DNA of 64,000 bases from Candidatus Woesearchaeota archaeon (GCA_038884575.1 JAWABQ010000001.1:33730-97729); one strand, 5' to 3'. Counted from the first letter of the stretch, positions 23,296 to 33,491 are shown. A program made the numbers and translations. Notes: generated from the letters alone by a model not told the origin.

Positions 23296-25568
23296 TGGAG
23301 GCACAGTGCGGAGCAAGTGAGGTGGTAAGGGAGGGCGAGGATGTAATTGTCAGGATAGACTGCGAGCTGTGCCCGTTCTTCCCGTCGCTTGAAGACGACC
23401 CCAGAGTCATGGCAATGGCGATTGAAGCGCTCGCAGAGGCAGGGGCTGCCACAAAGCTCGTGCTGGTGCAAAAGCGCGATTATGAGTATGATTACAACCA
23501 GACATCAATGCTGCTTGAGATTTCAAGGCTATTCAGGCAGCTAAGCAAGGAAAGGCTTTCTGCAGGCATGCTTGCAGACCCCTTGACAAGGAGGTTTGTC
23601 GAGGGAAAATACATAGAGCTCCAAAACATAATCCACCGTTCTCTGAAATCCGACCCCCTTGGCGCCTATGTGGAGCTGGTTCGAATAGCCCGCCGGGAAC
23701 GAACCCAGCTAGAGCAAGGCGCCATACCTCGAGAAGGTGTACCCTGCATCCAAACTTTCTTGGGCTTGGTTGAGACCCTGGCCAGCCGGCTTGAAAAAAC
23801 CCGGCTGGTAACCTTGGCCAAGCCCGCCCTGGCGGGTTATACCATTGGGGACCGCGGGATTTACAGGCGGTTTCTTTCGCCGCTCGTAAAACCTGACTTC
23901 ATGTTCACAAAGCTGCAGGCAAGCTACCCTGCAGAAGGCGAGGAAATAGGAGGGTACACAGTGGGAGGGAGCGAGGTCACCATATTCTCAATCCCCGCAA
24001 CAGTACAGTACCTTTACCACCTCTCACCGCCAGAGTTCAGGCTGAATGAGGAAAAATACGAGCTGCTTGACGCGGCAAGGAAAATACTCTCTGAGCACAA
24101 ACCGAAAAGGAGCGAGTTTGTAGACCCTGAGAGGATGAGGCAAGTATTCACAAATGTGGGCTCAGACCTTCTTGAAGAGCTCGCCGGTTACCGCGGAATC
24201 AGGCTCAGGGAAAAAGAGCTTGACGAGCTCACAAAAATACTTGTTAGGTACACTGTCGGATTCGGGCTCATTGAAGTTCTGCTTGAGGACGAGCAGGTGC
24301 AGGACATCACAATAAACAGCCCAATGGGCCGCACTCCTATGTTCATTGTACACGGGGAATATGGCGACTGCATGACAAACATAATACCAACAGTAACAGA
24401 AGCTGAAAGCTGGGCCTCAAAGCTCAGGATGATTTCAGGAAGACCTCTTGATGAGGCAAACCCGATACTTGACACAGAGCTTGTGCTGCCGACAGCGCGC
24501 GCAAGGGTCGCGTCAATAACCTCGCCGCTCAACCCGACAGGCCTTGCATACGCTCTAAGGAGGCACAGGGACAAGCCATGGACCCTCCCGCTGTTCATCA
24601 AGAACAGGATGATGACCCCGCTAGCAGCAGGAATAATCAGCTTCCTTATTGACGGCTCAAGGACAATGCTTGTTGCAGGCACAAGGAGCGCAGGAAAGAC
24701 ATCTGTGCTCGGCTCTGTGATGGCTGAAATAATGCGCAAAGGCAGGATTGTGACGATTGAGGACACGCTTGAACTCCCTGTTGATGCGCTGAGAAAGCTC
24801 AATTACAACATCCAGAGCATGAAAGTCGCAAGCGCGCTCACAAGGGGCACAACAGAAGTGAGCGCTGACGAGGGTATAAGGACCACACTGCGCCTCGGCG
24901 ATTCCTCGCTGATAGTCGGAGAGGTCAGGAGCGTTGAGGCAAAGGCTTTGTACGAGGCAATGCGCGTAGGCGCCCTCGCAAATGTTGTTGCGGGAACAAT
25001 CCATGGAGACTCCCCTTATGGCGTGTTCGACAGGGTTGTAAATGACCTTGGGGTGCCAAGGACATCGTTCAAGGCAACAGATGTGATCATTGTGGCAAAC
25101 CCTGTGCGCTCGCCTGACGGGCTCCACAGGTTTAGGAGGATAACACAGATTACAGAAGTGAGGAAGAAATGGGAGGAGGACCCGCTGAGAGAGAATGGGT
25201 TTGTTGATTTGATGAAGTATGACAGCAAGGAGGATGCCCTCCAGCCAAGCCGCGACCTTCTCGCAGGCGACTGTGATGTCATCAAGGCTGTTGCAGGCTC
25301 TGTAAGGGAATGGGCGGGCAACTGGGACGCTGTCTGGGACAACATACTGCTGCGCGCAAACATTAAGCAAGAGCTGGTCAGCACTGCAGACAAGCTCAAA
25401 AAACCAGAACTGCTTGAGGCAAGCTTCACAGTCCTGGCAAATGACGAGTTCCACCGCATCAGCGAGCAGGTGAGGGATGAGGTCGGTGCGCTCGACAGCA
25501 AGAAAATATTTGCAGAATGGTCTGAATGGCTCAAGCGCGCAGCAAGGAAGCCGGTGCTTCTCCAATGA
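23295..25568 (+). CDS. type IV pilus/archaellum-type secretion ATPase (FlaI/PilB/VirB11 superfamily) with a long N-terminal region
   Basis: 757 aa with Walker A VAGTRSAGKTS, Asp box RIVTIEDTLELP, Walker B SLIVGEVRSVEA and His box AGTIHGDSP. Confidence 0.85.
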   Translation: MEAQCGASEVVREGEDVIVRIDCELCPFFPSLEDDPRVMAMAIEALAEAGAATKLVLVQKRDYEYDYNQTSMLLEISRLFRQLSKERLSAGMLADPLTRRFVEGKYIELQNIIHRSLKSDPLGAYVELVRIARRERTQLEQGAIPREGVPCIQTFLGLVETLASRLEKTRLVTLAKPALAGYTIGDRGIYRRFLSPLVKPDFMFTKLQASYPAEGEEIGGYTVGGSEVTIFSIPATVQYLYHLSPPEFRLNEEKYELLDAARKILSEHKPKRSEFVDPERMRQVFTNVGSDLLEELAGYRGIRLREKELDELTKILVRYTVGFGLIEVLLEDEQVQDITINSPMGRTPMFIVHGEYGDCMTNIIPTVTEAESWASKLRMISGRPLDEANPILDTELVLPTARARVASITSPLNPTGLAYALRRHRDKPWTLPLFIKNRMMTPLAAGIISFLIDGSRTMLVAGTRSAGKTSVLGSVMAEIMRKGRIVTIEDTLELPVDALRKLNYNIQSMKVASALTRGTTEVSADEGIRTTLRLGDSSLIVGEVRSVEAKALYEAMRVGALANVVAGTIHGDSPYGVFDRVVNDLGVPRTSFKATDVIIVANPVRSPDGLHRFRRITQITEVRKKWEEDPLRENGFVDLMKYDSKEDALQPSRDLLAGDCDVIKAVAGSVREWAGNWDAVWDNILLRANIKQELVSTADKLKKPELLEASFTVLANDEFHRISEQVRDEVGALDSKKIFAEWSEWLKRAARKPVLLQ

Positions 25569-27715
25569 GCAATCCAACAATTCCGGCAGACCTTGTACAA
25601 AAATACAAGGAAAGGCTACAGAAGCAGCTTGAGCTTTCTGCAGTCGAGCCGCTGCCTGTTGTAAGCAGGGAATACACTGCATTCAGGCAGGAATCAATTG
25701 CCGCACATGCGAGCCTTTATGAAAAAGGGTGCACGCTGGCAGGAAAAATCCTCAAGATACAGGTGGACCCAAAGCGAGCAGGCCAGCTGCAGGAGTCAAT
25801 TGACATTGCACACCTGGGCATCACCCCTGCAAGCGTCATTGCATTCAGCACCCTGTTCCCGCTCGCATACATGATACTTGGCTGCGTGCTCAGCCTTGCA
25901 TTTGAAACCTCGCTGTTCTTCACCATATTTTTCCTTGCTTCAGGGGTTGCCCTGATGGCTGTGTTAGGCAAATACCCTATATTCCTTGCCAACAACTGGC
26001 GCATGAAGGCAAGCAACCAGATGGTGCTCTGCATATTCTATGTTGTGACATACATGCGCCACACAAGCAACCTTGAGCTCGCAATAGAGTTTGCATCAGA
26101 GCATTTGACCCCTCCGCTTGCCCTTGACCTGAAAAAAGTGCTCTGGGATGTTGAAACCCAGAAGTATGAGAGCGTGAAGGAAAGCCTTGAGATGTACCTT
26201 GAATCGTGGAGGAAGTGGAACAATGAGTTTGTGGAATCATTCCACCTCATCGTAAGCTCGCTTTACGAGACATCAGAGGACAGGAGGCTTTTGCTGCTTG
26301 ACAAGTCGCTTGATGTCATACTTGAGGAGACATACGAAAGGATGCTGCACTATGCCCAGAACCTCAAAGGGCCAATCACAATGCTGCACATGCTTGGCGT
26401 AATCCTGCCCATACTCGGTCTGGTAATCCTGCCGCTTGTTGTCAGCTTCATGGGCGATGTCAAATGGTACCACATCGCAACGCTTTACAACATAATCCTG
26501 CCTCTTGTTGTCTATGTCCTTGGCAGGAACATACTAAGCAAGCGCCCAACAGGCTACGGGGACACAGACCTTGCGGAAATAAACCCTGCGCTGAAAAAAT
26601 ACCGCAACATAATCATAAAGGTTGGAAAAACAGAGCTGCAAATACATCCCATATTCATCTGCGCGCTGGTTGGCGGCCTGTTCCTTTTTGCCGCGCTGCT
26701 TCCTGTAATCCTGCACGCAATCCAGCCTGACCCAAGCTATGACTTTGCCCTGCCGTTCAACTGGAAACTGCTCGAATACCGCACGCACCCAAAGACAGGC
26801 GAGATTATCGGACCGTTCGGAATGGGCGCATCGCTCCTGAGCCTTGCATTCCCGCTCACGCTGGCATTCGGGATAGGGCTTTACTTCATGCTCAGGTCCC
26901 AGAATGTAATCAAGATAAGGGAGCAGGCAAAAAAGCTTGAGGACGAGTTCGCAAGCGCATTGTTCCAGCTGGGAAACAGGCTTGGAGACGGCGTGCCTGC
27001 AGAGATCGCATTCTCAAAAGTCGCAACTGTGATGCCTGACACTGTAAGCGGGAGGTTTTTTGAGGTTGTTGCAACAAACATAGCAAAGCTGGGAATGGGA
27101 GTGAAGGATGCCTTGTTCAACCCGCGCACAGGCGCCCTTGTCTACTTCCCGAGCAACATAATCCAAAGCTCAATGAAAGTGCTTGTCGAGGGCATAAAAA
27201 AGGGACCAATAATCGCTGGGCAGGCATTGCTGAACATCTCAAGGTACATAAAGGAAATCCACAAGGTCAATGAGCGCCTCAGGGACCTGATGGCAGACGT
27301 GATTTCAGACATGAAATCGCAAATCAGCTTCCTGACTCCGGCAATAGCAGGGATTGTTATTGCAATAACAAGCATGATAACATACATCCTTGGGAAGCTG
27401 CAAACAAGCATTGAGCTTACGGCAAGCTCAGAGCTGTCGGCGAGGATAAGCGACATCGCAGACATGTTCAGCATTGGAATCCCCACTTATTACTTCCAGC
27501 TTGTTGTCGGCGTTTATGTCTTTGAGATAATCTACATCCTCACGATAATGGCAAACGGAATTGAGAACGGCGCTGACAAGCTTCAGGAGCGCTACAGCCT
27601 TGGGAACAACCTGATAAAAAGCACAATCCTCTACTGCGGCCTCAGCTTTGTGATGATGATAATTTTCAACCTCATCGCAGGCAAGATAGTTGAAGTCAGC
27701 GGGACTTTTGGCTGA
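25565..27715 (+). CDS. polytopic platform protein (FlaJ/TadC/PilC-like)
   Basis: The start at ATG 25565 overlaps the ATPase stop (ATGA). It is 716 aa with two blocks of TM helices separated by cytoplasmic helical domains, the typical partner arrangement after a FlaI-like ATPase. Confidence 0.7.
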   Translation: MSNPTIPADLVQKYKERLQKQLELSAVEPLPVVSREYTAFRQESIAAHASLYEKGCTLAGKILKIQVDPKRAGQLQESIDIAHLGITPASVIAFSTLFPLAYMILGCVLSLAFETSLFFTIFFLASGVALMAVLGKYPIFLANNWRMKASNQMVLCIFYVVTYMRHTSNLELAIEFASEHLTPPLALDLKKVLWDVETQKYESVKESLEMYLESWRKWNNEFVESFHLIVSSLYETSEDRRLLLLDKSLDVILEETYERMLHYAQNLKGPITMLHMLGVILPILGLVILPLVVSFMGDVKWYHIATLYNIILPLVVYVLGRNILSKRPTGYGDTDLAEINPALKKYRNIIIKVGKTELQIHPIFICALVGGLFLFAALLPVILHAIQPDPSYDFALPFNWKLLEYRTHPKTGEIIGPFGMGASLLSLAFPLTLAFGIGLYFMLRSQNVIKIREQAKKLEDEFASALFQLGNRLGDGVPAEIAFSKVATVMPDTVSGRFFEVVATNIAKLGMGVKDALFNPRTGALVYFPSNIIQSSMKVLVEGIKKGPIIAGQALLNISRYIKEIHKVNERLRDLMADVISDMKSQISFLTPAIAGIVIAITSMITYILGKLQTSIELTASSELSARISDIADMFSIGIPTYYFQLVVGVYVFEIIYILTIMANGIENGADKLQERYSLGNNLIKSTILYCGLSFVMMIIFNLIAGKIVEVSGTFG

Positions 27716-27727
27716 CAAGAAAAAATA

Positions 27728-27801
27728 TGGGAACGGCCGGATTTGAACCGACGATTCCACCGGCTTCAGCGGTGTGTTCTCCCAGGCTAAACTACGTTCC
27801 C
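27728..27801 (-). tRNA. tRNA-Phe (anticodon GAA)
   Basis: Reverse-complement fold: GGGAACG TA GTTT AGCCTGGGA GAAC A CACCG CTGAAGC CGGTG GAATC GTCGG TTCAAAT CCGGC CGTTCCC A. Confidence 0.9.
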
Positions 27802-27845
27802 GTTGATAAACATTCGATAAATAAGGGCTTTAAAAGTCTTTTGCT

Positions 27846-29342
27846 TCAAATCTGGCTGAACTGCTTCTGCCCTGTATAAAGCTCGTAAATCGCGTTCTTC
27901 AAATCCTTTATCTTTACGCGCTTCTGCTCTGTTGTATCGCGGTCGCGCAGGGTCACGTCCTCATTCTTCAAAGAGTCAAAGTCAATCGTGACAGCCCATG
28001 GGCAACCAACCTCGTCCATCCTTGCATAGCGCTTTCCGATGCTTCCTGACTCATCATAGAATGCATCAAAGCACTGCAGGACTGAGTAAACCTCGCAAGC
28101 CTTTTTCTTCAGCTCTTCCTTGTTGCTCAGCAAAGGGAATACTGCAACAGTCAATGGCGCAAGCTGGGGCTTTATGCCAAGCACTATGCGCTTTTCACCG
28201 TTCTTTTCCTCCTCGCGGTAAGCATGCTCAATTGCCGCATAGAACGTCCTGTCCAGGCCTATTGAAATTTCCCAAATGTGCGGAATAATCTTTTTACCAT
28301 CAGGGTAAACATATTCAAGTGCCTGCTTGCTTCCTGCTGCGTGGCCTTTTATGTCATAATCAGTGCGGTTGTTGTTTGCCACAAGCTCAACCCAGCCCAG
28401 CGAGGTTTCGACCTCAAAGTCCCAGGTTTCCTTGCTGTAGAACGGCCTTTCATCACTGCCAACCTCCCTAAACCTCATCTTTTCCCTTGGAATGCCCAGT
28501 GATTCAAAGAAGCGCTGTGTATGCGCCATGAAGTATGCAATCATTTTCCCTGATACAACGCCCTTATCCACCAGCGAGCGCGCAAATATTGGCTCTATTT
28601 TTTCAGAGCCAATGCGCATAACCTGTATTGGGTGGTCTTTTATTTCATCAAACCCCTCAACCTCGTTTATGGATGCAGGGTCAAAGAAAACCTCTGCCTC
28701 CATCTGCGAAAACTCAACCTGCCTTAGCAGAGTCTGGCGCGGGGAAATTTCATTCCTGAAAGACCTTCCGACCTGCGCGATTCCCTGCGGAAGCTTGATG
28801 CGCATTGTTTTCATCAGCCTCTGCCAGTCGCAGAATATGCTCTGGCAGGTTTCTGGCCGCAAATAAGTGTCTGCCTTTGTCGAAACACCGACTTCTGTGC
28901 GGACCATCATGTTAAACCGCCTTACAGGGCTGAGAGCGCCCTTGCATTTTGGGCAGGCAAGCTTGTGGGACTGAATTTCCTTGTCAAACTGCTCATTGCT
29001 CATTGCCTCTGGAAAATGCTCCCCTGTCGCGTCCTCGAGCAGTTTGTCTGCGCGGTGGATTGTATTGCATTTTGCGCACTGCGTGACAGGGTCGTTGAAA
29101 GAGGCAAGGTGTCCTGAGCTCTTGAAAACATCAGCAGGCATTATCTGGCAGCCGTAAATCTCAAGCATTCCGGTCTTCTGAACAAGCTCCTTTCGCCAAA
29201 CATCAATGATTCTTCTTCTTATTGCCGCGCCGTAAGGGCCGAAGTCATAAAATCCTGCAGGGGCATTTGCATAAATCTCGCTCGCGGGGAAGAATATGCC
29301 CCTGCGCAATGCCCAGTTGACAACATCATCGTATTTGCTCAT
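27846..29342 (-). CDS. glyS: glycyl-tRNA synthetase (archaeal/eukaryotic-type class II)
   Basis: 498 aa beginning MSKYDDVVNWALRRGIFFPASEIYANAPAGFYDFGPYG..., with FRNEISPR and GIGLDR motifs. Confidence 0.95.
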   Translation of the reverse strand: MSKYDDVVNWALRRGIFFPASEIYANAPAGFYDFGPYGAAIRRRIIDVWRKELVQKTGMLEIYGCQIMPADVFKSSGHLASFNDPVTQCAKCNTIHRADKLLEDATGEHFPEAMSNEQFDKEIQSHKLACPKCKGALSPVRRFNMMVRTEVGVSTKADTYLRPETCQSIFCDWQRLMKTMRIKLPQGIAQVGRSFRNEISPRQTLLRQVEFSQMEAEVFFDPASINEVEGFDEIKDHPIQVMRIGSEKIEPIFARSLVDKGVVSGKMIAYFMAHTQRFFESLGIPREKMRFREVGSDERPFYSKETWDFEVETSLGWVELVANNNRTDYDIKGHAAGSKQALEYVYPDGKKIIPHIWEISIGLDRTFYAAIEHAYREEEKNGEKRIVLGIKPQLAPLTVAVFPLLSNKEELKKKACEVYSVLQCFDAFYDESGSIGKRYARMDEVGCPWAVTIDFDSLKNEDVTLRDRDTTEQKRVKIKDLKNAIYELYTGQKQFSQI

Positions 29343-29375
29343 AACCGCCTCAGGGAGAAGGGTTGCTTAAAAAGC

Positions 29376-30590
29376 TTACTTCTTCAGCCACTCAACTTCC
29401 TCATCGTCCAAGTCAAGCTCTTCTGCAAGAATCTTTTCCTGCTCCTGGTTATTCCTGATAACTACCTGAAGCGCTGGAAGGGTGTGGTGTAGTGCTGTTT
29501 TGCTTGAAGAGTGCGTTGCGTCTGCAATCTTCTGCGCTATTGCCTTGCGCTTGCTGTACTTCATGTTAGCCATCCAAATCTTGAGCAGCCTTGATGACCG
29601 CTCATACTTTGGCGGGTTCTTTGACTTGGCATCTTTTGCAACAGCAATTCCTGCAGTAAGCAGCTCAAAAATGTGGCTGAGGAAGCGCCAGTGCTGCTGC
29701 CTCCTTATTCTTCCGCGGAAAACATCTGCCCTGCTCAGGATGTCATAAGCCCGCACCCTGTCTTTCGGATTCTCATATTCCCTTGCAAGGTTGTGGTCAA
29801 GCCAAAGGAAAATCTCGTCAATGTCAGTGTCTGTCTGGTCAAAAGCGCCCAATGCAAGCAATGGGTCTGAGTTCTTGAAAACCTTGACCAATGCAGTCTC
29901 AATCTGCTCAAGCCTATTCCTTTCACCAAGCACAGCAAGCGAATCCTGTGTCAGCTTTCCTGAGCCCTCTGAAAGCAGCTGCAGGTCATTGATTGCAGAG
30001 CGCATGTCCCCGCCTGACCGCCTTGCTATTGCCTTGACTGCAGGCTGCTCTGCCATGACCTTTTCCTTTGAGCAAATCTCCTGAAGCACAGAAACAATTG
30101 AGTCTGCCGGCAGGGAAGGAAACTCAACAAGCACAGACTTGCTCCTCAAGGCTGAGAATTTCTTGTCCCAGGGGTCCTGCGCTGTCATTATTATTGGAAA
30201 TCTTGTTTTTGCAATCAGGTCCACAAGCGCAGTGATTCCTCCCCTGTCATCCGTCCCAGAGACTCCATCAATCTCATCGACAAGGATGAGCTTTCCCGCA
30301 AAGAACAATGAGCGCTGCTTTAACGCGTTCCCAAGCCTTTCATTTATCTGCTCCTCATTCCTGACATCAGATGCATTTACCTCAACGATTTCCCAGTTCA
30401 GGTCCCTTGCCAGTGCATGCACTGCGCAGCTTTTGCCAGTGCCGGAAGGACCATAAAGGAGCATTGCCTTCTTTTTCTGCTTTGAAAACGTATTCACGAA
30501 CTGCGCAAGCTTTATTATCCCCTCAGGCTGGGGGACAGACTTCAAAGTGCTTGGCCTGTGGTGATGTATCCATAACCTGCTCTCCCCCAT
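29376..30590 (-). CDS. rfcL: replication factor C large subunit-like AAA+ ATPase
   Basis: 404 aa with LWIHHHRPSTLKSV (W..KYRP-like), Walker A LYGPSGTGKS, and Walker B LVDEIDG followed by DRGG. Confidence 0.8.
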   Translation of the reverse strand: MGESRLWIHHHRPSTLKSVPQPEGIIKLAQFVNTFSKQKKKAMLLYGPSGTGKSCAVHALARDLNWEIVEVNASDVRNEEQINERLGNALKQRSLFFAGKLILVDEIDGVSGTDDRGGITALVDLIAKTRFPIIMTAQDPWDKKFSALRSKSVLVEFPSLPADSIVSVLQEICSKEKVMAEQPAVKAIARRSGGDMRSAINDLQLLSEGSGKLTQDSLAVLGERNRLEQIETALVKVFKNSDPLLALGAFDQTDTDIDEIFLWLDHNLAREYENPKDRVRAYDILSRADVFRGRIRRQQHWRFLSHIFELLTAGIAVAKDAKSKNPPKYERSSRLLKIWMANMKYSKRKAIAQKIADATHSSSKTALHHTLPALQVVIRNNQEQEKILAEELDLDDEEVEWLKK

Positions 30591-30695
30591 ATTACAACAA
30601 TACTATTTATGTGTTTAAAATGCTTATGGTTGGTCACTGCGCTGTAAGCGCCCAATTAGCAATCTTTAAAAATTCATCCATTGTCTCATTCCCAT

Positions 30696-31088
30696 ATGAA
30701 ATCTGTCGCAGTAAAGTTTGTAAGCGCTGATGTTGCAGCGTTTAATGCCCGCGATGAGCACCTTGAAGTAAGGGTTGTCCTGAATGACGGCAGGGACAAG
30801 CAGATGATAAAGCAAATGAGGCTTGAAGACCCAGTGCACCAGGCTGACGAAATAATAAGGGAAGTCAGGGACAAGCTCAAGAAAGCGCATTCATCAGGAC
30901 CAAGCTATGACGATGACCCATTGGCAGGGGTTGTGCACATAAAGTGGATGCAGGATGAGGAACTAGTGCAGGAAAAGCTTGCAAAATTCCTTGCTGCGCT
31001 AAGGGAAAAAATAAGGAATGCAAAGCGGAAGAACATAAGCTATTATGACCTTGAGCAGCAGATGAGACTCCTTAAGACTGAATTTTAG
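30696..31088 (+). CDS. hypothetical protein
   Basis: I preferred the ATG at 30696 (MKSVAVKF...) to the TTG at 30681. 130 aa. No family recognised. Confidence 0.45.
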   Translation: MKSVAVKFVSADVAAFNARDEHLEVRVVLNDGRDKQMIKQMRLEDPVHQADEIIREVRDKLKKAHSSGPSYDDDPLAGVVHIKWMQDEELVQEKLAKFLAALREKIRNAKRKNISYYDLEQQMRLLKTEF

Positions 31089-33491
31089 CTAGAATTCTAT
31101 TGTCGCCCTAATTCCCTTTGAAATCTCCTCCTTGCCTTTGCCCCTTTCTATCTTCTGGGCGCAGGCTGTTGACTGCAAATCAGCAAGCGCAGGCGCAATG
31201 TCAACTTCACTCTCAACAATTATTTTTTTGACAGGCGCCTTCATCGAGAGCTTTTTCTCCGACTTTTTCCTCCTCACTGCGCCAAGGACTGCAACAACAA
31301 CCGCGCCGACCTTTCCTGCATCCTCGTATTTCTTCGGCGCTTTTGGCCACCCTGAAACATGGACACTTGGGAAACCCTCTGAAGCATGCAAATAGGCATG
31401 ATAAACCTCCTCTGTTATGAATGGTGTGAATGGCGCAAACAGCCTGACAAGCGCGCTCAGGCACTTTGCAACCATAATCTGCGCACTTTCCTTGTCCTCT
31501 GGCTTCTTTGGCTCATACAATCTCTGCTTTGAAAGCTCCAGGTAATTGTCGCAGAAATCACTCCAGAAGAACTTCTCAATAACTTCCTTTGCCCTTGAGT
31601 ACTCATAAGCATCAAAGTGCGCAGTTGCCTGCTCAATTGTTTCTGCAAGCCTGTGCTGAATCCACTTGTCAATCTCTGCAGTGGGCTCTTTCTTTGCAAG
31701 AGCCTTAATGTCAGCGCCTTTCAGGTGCATTGCTGCAAACTTTGCAGCATTCCAGAATTTCGTGACAAACTTGTCGCCTGTAATAAGCTCCTTCTCCTGG
31801 TAGGCAATATCCTCCCCGAGCTTGCAGCTGCCTGCCCAGTAGCGAAGGGCATCAGCGCTGTATTTCGCAAGGATTGTCTGTGGCTCCACAATATTGCCCT
31901 TGCTCTTGCTCATCTTTTCGCCAAGGGGGTCAAGCACATATCCTGAAATCATGACTTCCTTCCACGGGTTGCACTTGTAATGCAAACGGCTCTTGATGAG
32001 CGTGTTGAAAAGCCAGAAAGTGATGATATCATGGGCTTGCGGCCTCAAGCTCATCGGAAAAATTTTTTTGTGATATTTCTCCGGAACAAGCTGGACTGCA
32101 AGCTGAGGAGTCATGCTTGAAGTGGCCCACGTGTCAAGCACGTCTTTTTCAGGAACAAATGACGTGTTCCTGCATTTCGGGCAGGCTTTTGCCGGAGCCT
32201 TGTCCTTCAATGGGTCAACAGGAAGATTTTTTTCATCAGCAAAAACAGGCTCATCACATTTTGAGCAATACCATACAGGGAAAGGAACTCCAAAGAACCT
32301 CTGCCGCGAGATAAGCCAGTCCCACTGCAGGCCCTTCACCCAGTTGTCAAAACGGTGCTTCATGAATTCAGGATGCCACTTGAGCTCTGAACCCCATCTG
32401 AGCATGTCCTCGCGAAGATCCAAGTACTTGATAAACCACTGCTTGCTATTAATAATTTCGATTTCAGTACCGCAACGCTCGTGCACCTTAACTTCGTGTA
32501 TGATCGGCTTTTGCGTTTTCAACAACCCTGCTGCCTTCAAATCATCAATAATAGCCTTGCGCGCCTTGTGCAAATGCATTCCCTTGTACTTTCCGGCAAT
32601 TTCAGCCATGCTGCCATTTTTGTCAATTGCCTGCTTGAGCGGAAGCTTGTGAGCAAGATACCACGCAATGTCTGTTGTGTCACCGAATGTGCAACACATC
32701 ACAATCCCTGTGCCTTTCTTTGGGTCTGCACGCTCATCTGCGATAATTGGAACCTCGAAGTCAAACAAAGGCACTTTTGCCTTTTTGCCAAACAATTTTT
32801 TGTACCTTTCATCATCAGGATGGGCAAATACTGCAACACAGGCAGGAAGAAGCTCAGGCCTTGTTGTTGCAATTACTAAATCCTTGCCATCTGCCTTGAA
32901 AACGACATCATTGAACGTGCTGTTCTTTTCCTCATCCCTGCACTCAACCTGCGAGATTGCTGTGCCGCAAAGGGGGCACCACAATGCAGGAGCCTCCTTG
33001 CGGTACGCCCTACCCATCTTCTGAAGTTCCAGGAAAGACCACTGCGAAATCCTCCTGCAGTGCTCATTTATTGTGCTGTAAAACAGGCTGAAGTCGCAGC
33101 TCAGCCCAACACGTTTAAAGTCAGAAACAAATGCAGGACGTATCTCCTTCAGCGTGTCCTCGCAAAGCTTGATAAATGCCTGCCTTTCCATTGCAGCACC
33201 CTTTACATTCTTCAGCTTCTCAACAAGGCGCTCTGTTGGGAGGCCATTGTCATCTGTGCCGAATGGATAAAAGATGTTAAAGCCGCGCAGGCGCTTGTAA
33301 CGGGCGATTATATCCTTGTGAACATAGCTGCACGCATGGCCAATATGCATTTTTCCAGAAACCGTCGGCGGAGGGGTGTCTATACTGAAGACCTCGCCTT
33401 TTGCATCAGGGTTAAAGGCAAATACGTTTTCCTTTTCCCAGTACTGCATCCACTTGGGCTCCTCAACCTTAGCATCATAGCGCTCTGCCAT
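31089..33491 (-). CDS. valS: valyl-tRNA synthetase
   Basis: 800 aa with HIGH region PPPTVSGKMHIGHA, KMSKS (GEKMSKSKGN) and the ValRS-typical ATTRPELL...HPDDERY block. Confidence 0.85.
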   Translation of the reverse strand: MAERYDAKVEEPKWMQYWEKENVFAFNPDAKGEVFSIDTPPPTVSGKMHIGHACSYVHKDIIARYKRLRGFNIFYPFGTDDNGLPTERLVEKLKNVKGAAMERQAFIKLCEDTLKEIRPAFVSDFKRVGLSCDFSLFYSTINEHCRRISQWSFLELQKMGRAYRKEAPALWCPLCGTAISQVECRDEEKNSTFNDVVFKADGKDLVIATTRPELLPACVAVFAHPDDERYKKLFGKKAKVPLFDFEVPIIADERADPKKGTGIVMCCTFGDTTDIAWYLAHKLPLKQAIDKNGSMAEIAGKYKGMHLHKARKAIIDDLKAAGLLKTQKPIIHEVKVHERCGTEIEIINSKQWFIKYLDLREDMLRWGSELKWHPEFMKHRFDNWVKGLQWDWLISRQRFFGVPFPVWYCSKCDEPVFADEKNLPVDPLKDKAPAKACPKCRNTSFVPEKDVLDTWATSSMTPQLAVQLVPEKYHKKIFPMSLRPQAHDIITFWLFNTLIKSRLHYKCNPWKEVMISGYVLDPLGEKMSKSKGNIVEPQTILAKYSADALRYWAGSCKLGEDIAYQEKELITGDKFVTKFWNAAKFAAMHLKGADIKALAKKEPTAEIDKWIQHRLAETIEQATAHFDAYEYSRAKEVIEKFFWSDFCDNYLELSKQRLYEPKKPEDKESAQIMVAKCLSALVRLFAPFTPFITEEVYHAYLHASEGFPSVHVSGWPKAPKKYEDAGKVGAVVVAVLGAVRRKKSEKKLSMKAPVKKIIVESEVDIAPALADLQSTACAQKIERGKGKEEISKGIRATIEF

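Noticed and set aside
24657-25682. A 341-aa ORF (and a 204-aa ORF at 24188..24802) antisense to the FlaI-like ATPase gene.
   Set aside because: It lies entirely within, and opposite to, a gene with clear Walker A/B and His-box motifs. The translation is Cys/His/Pro-rich and not protein-like. This is typical shadow-ORF behaviour in a biased frame.
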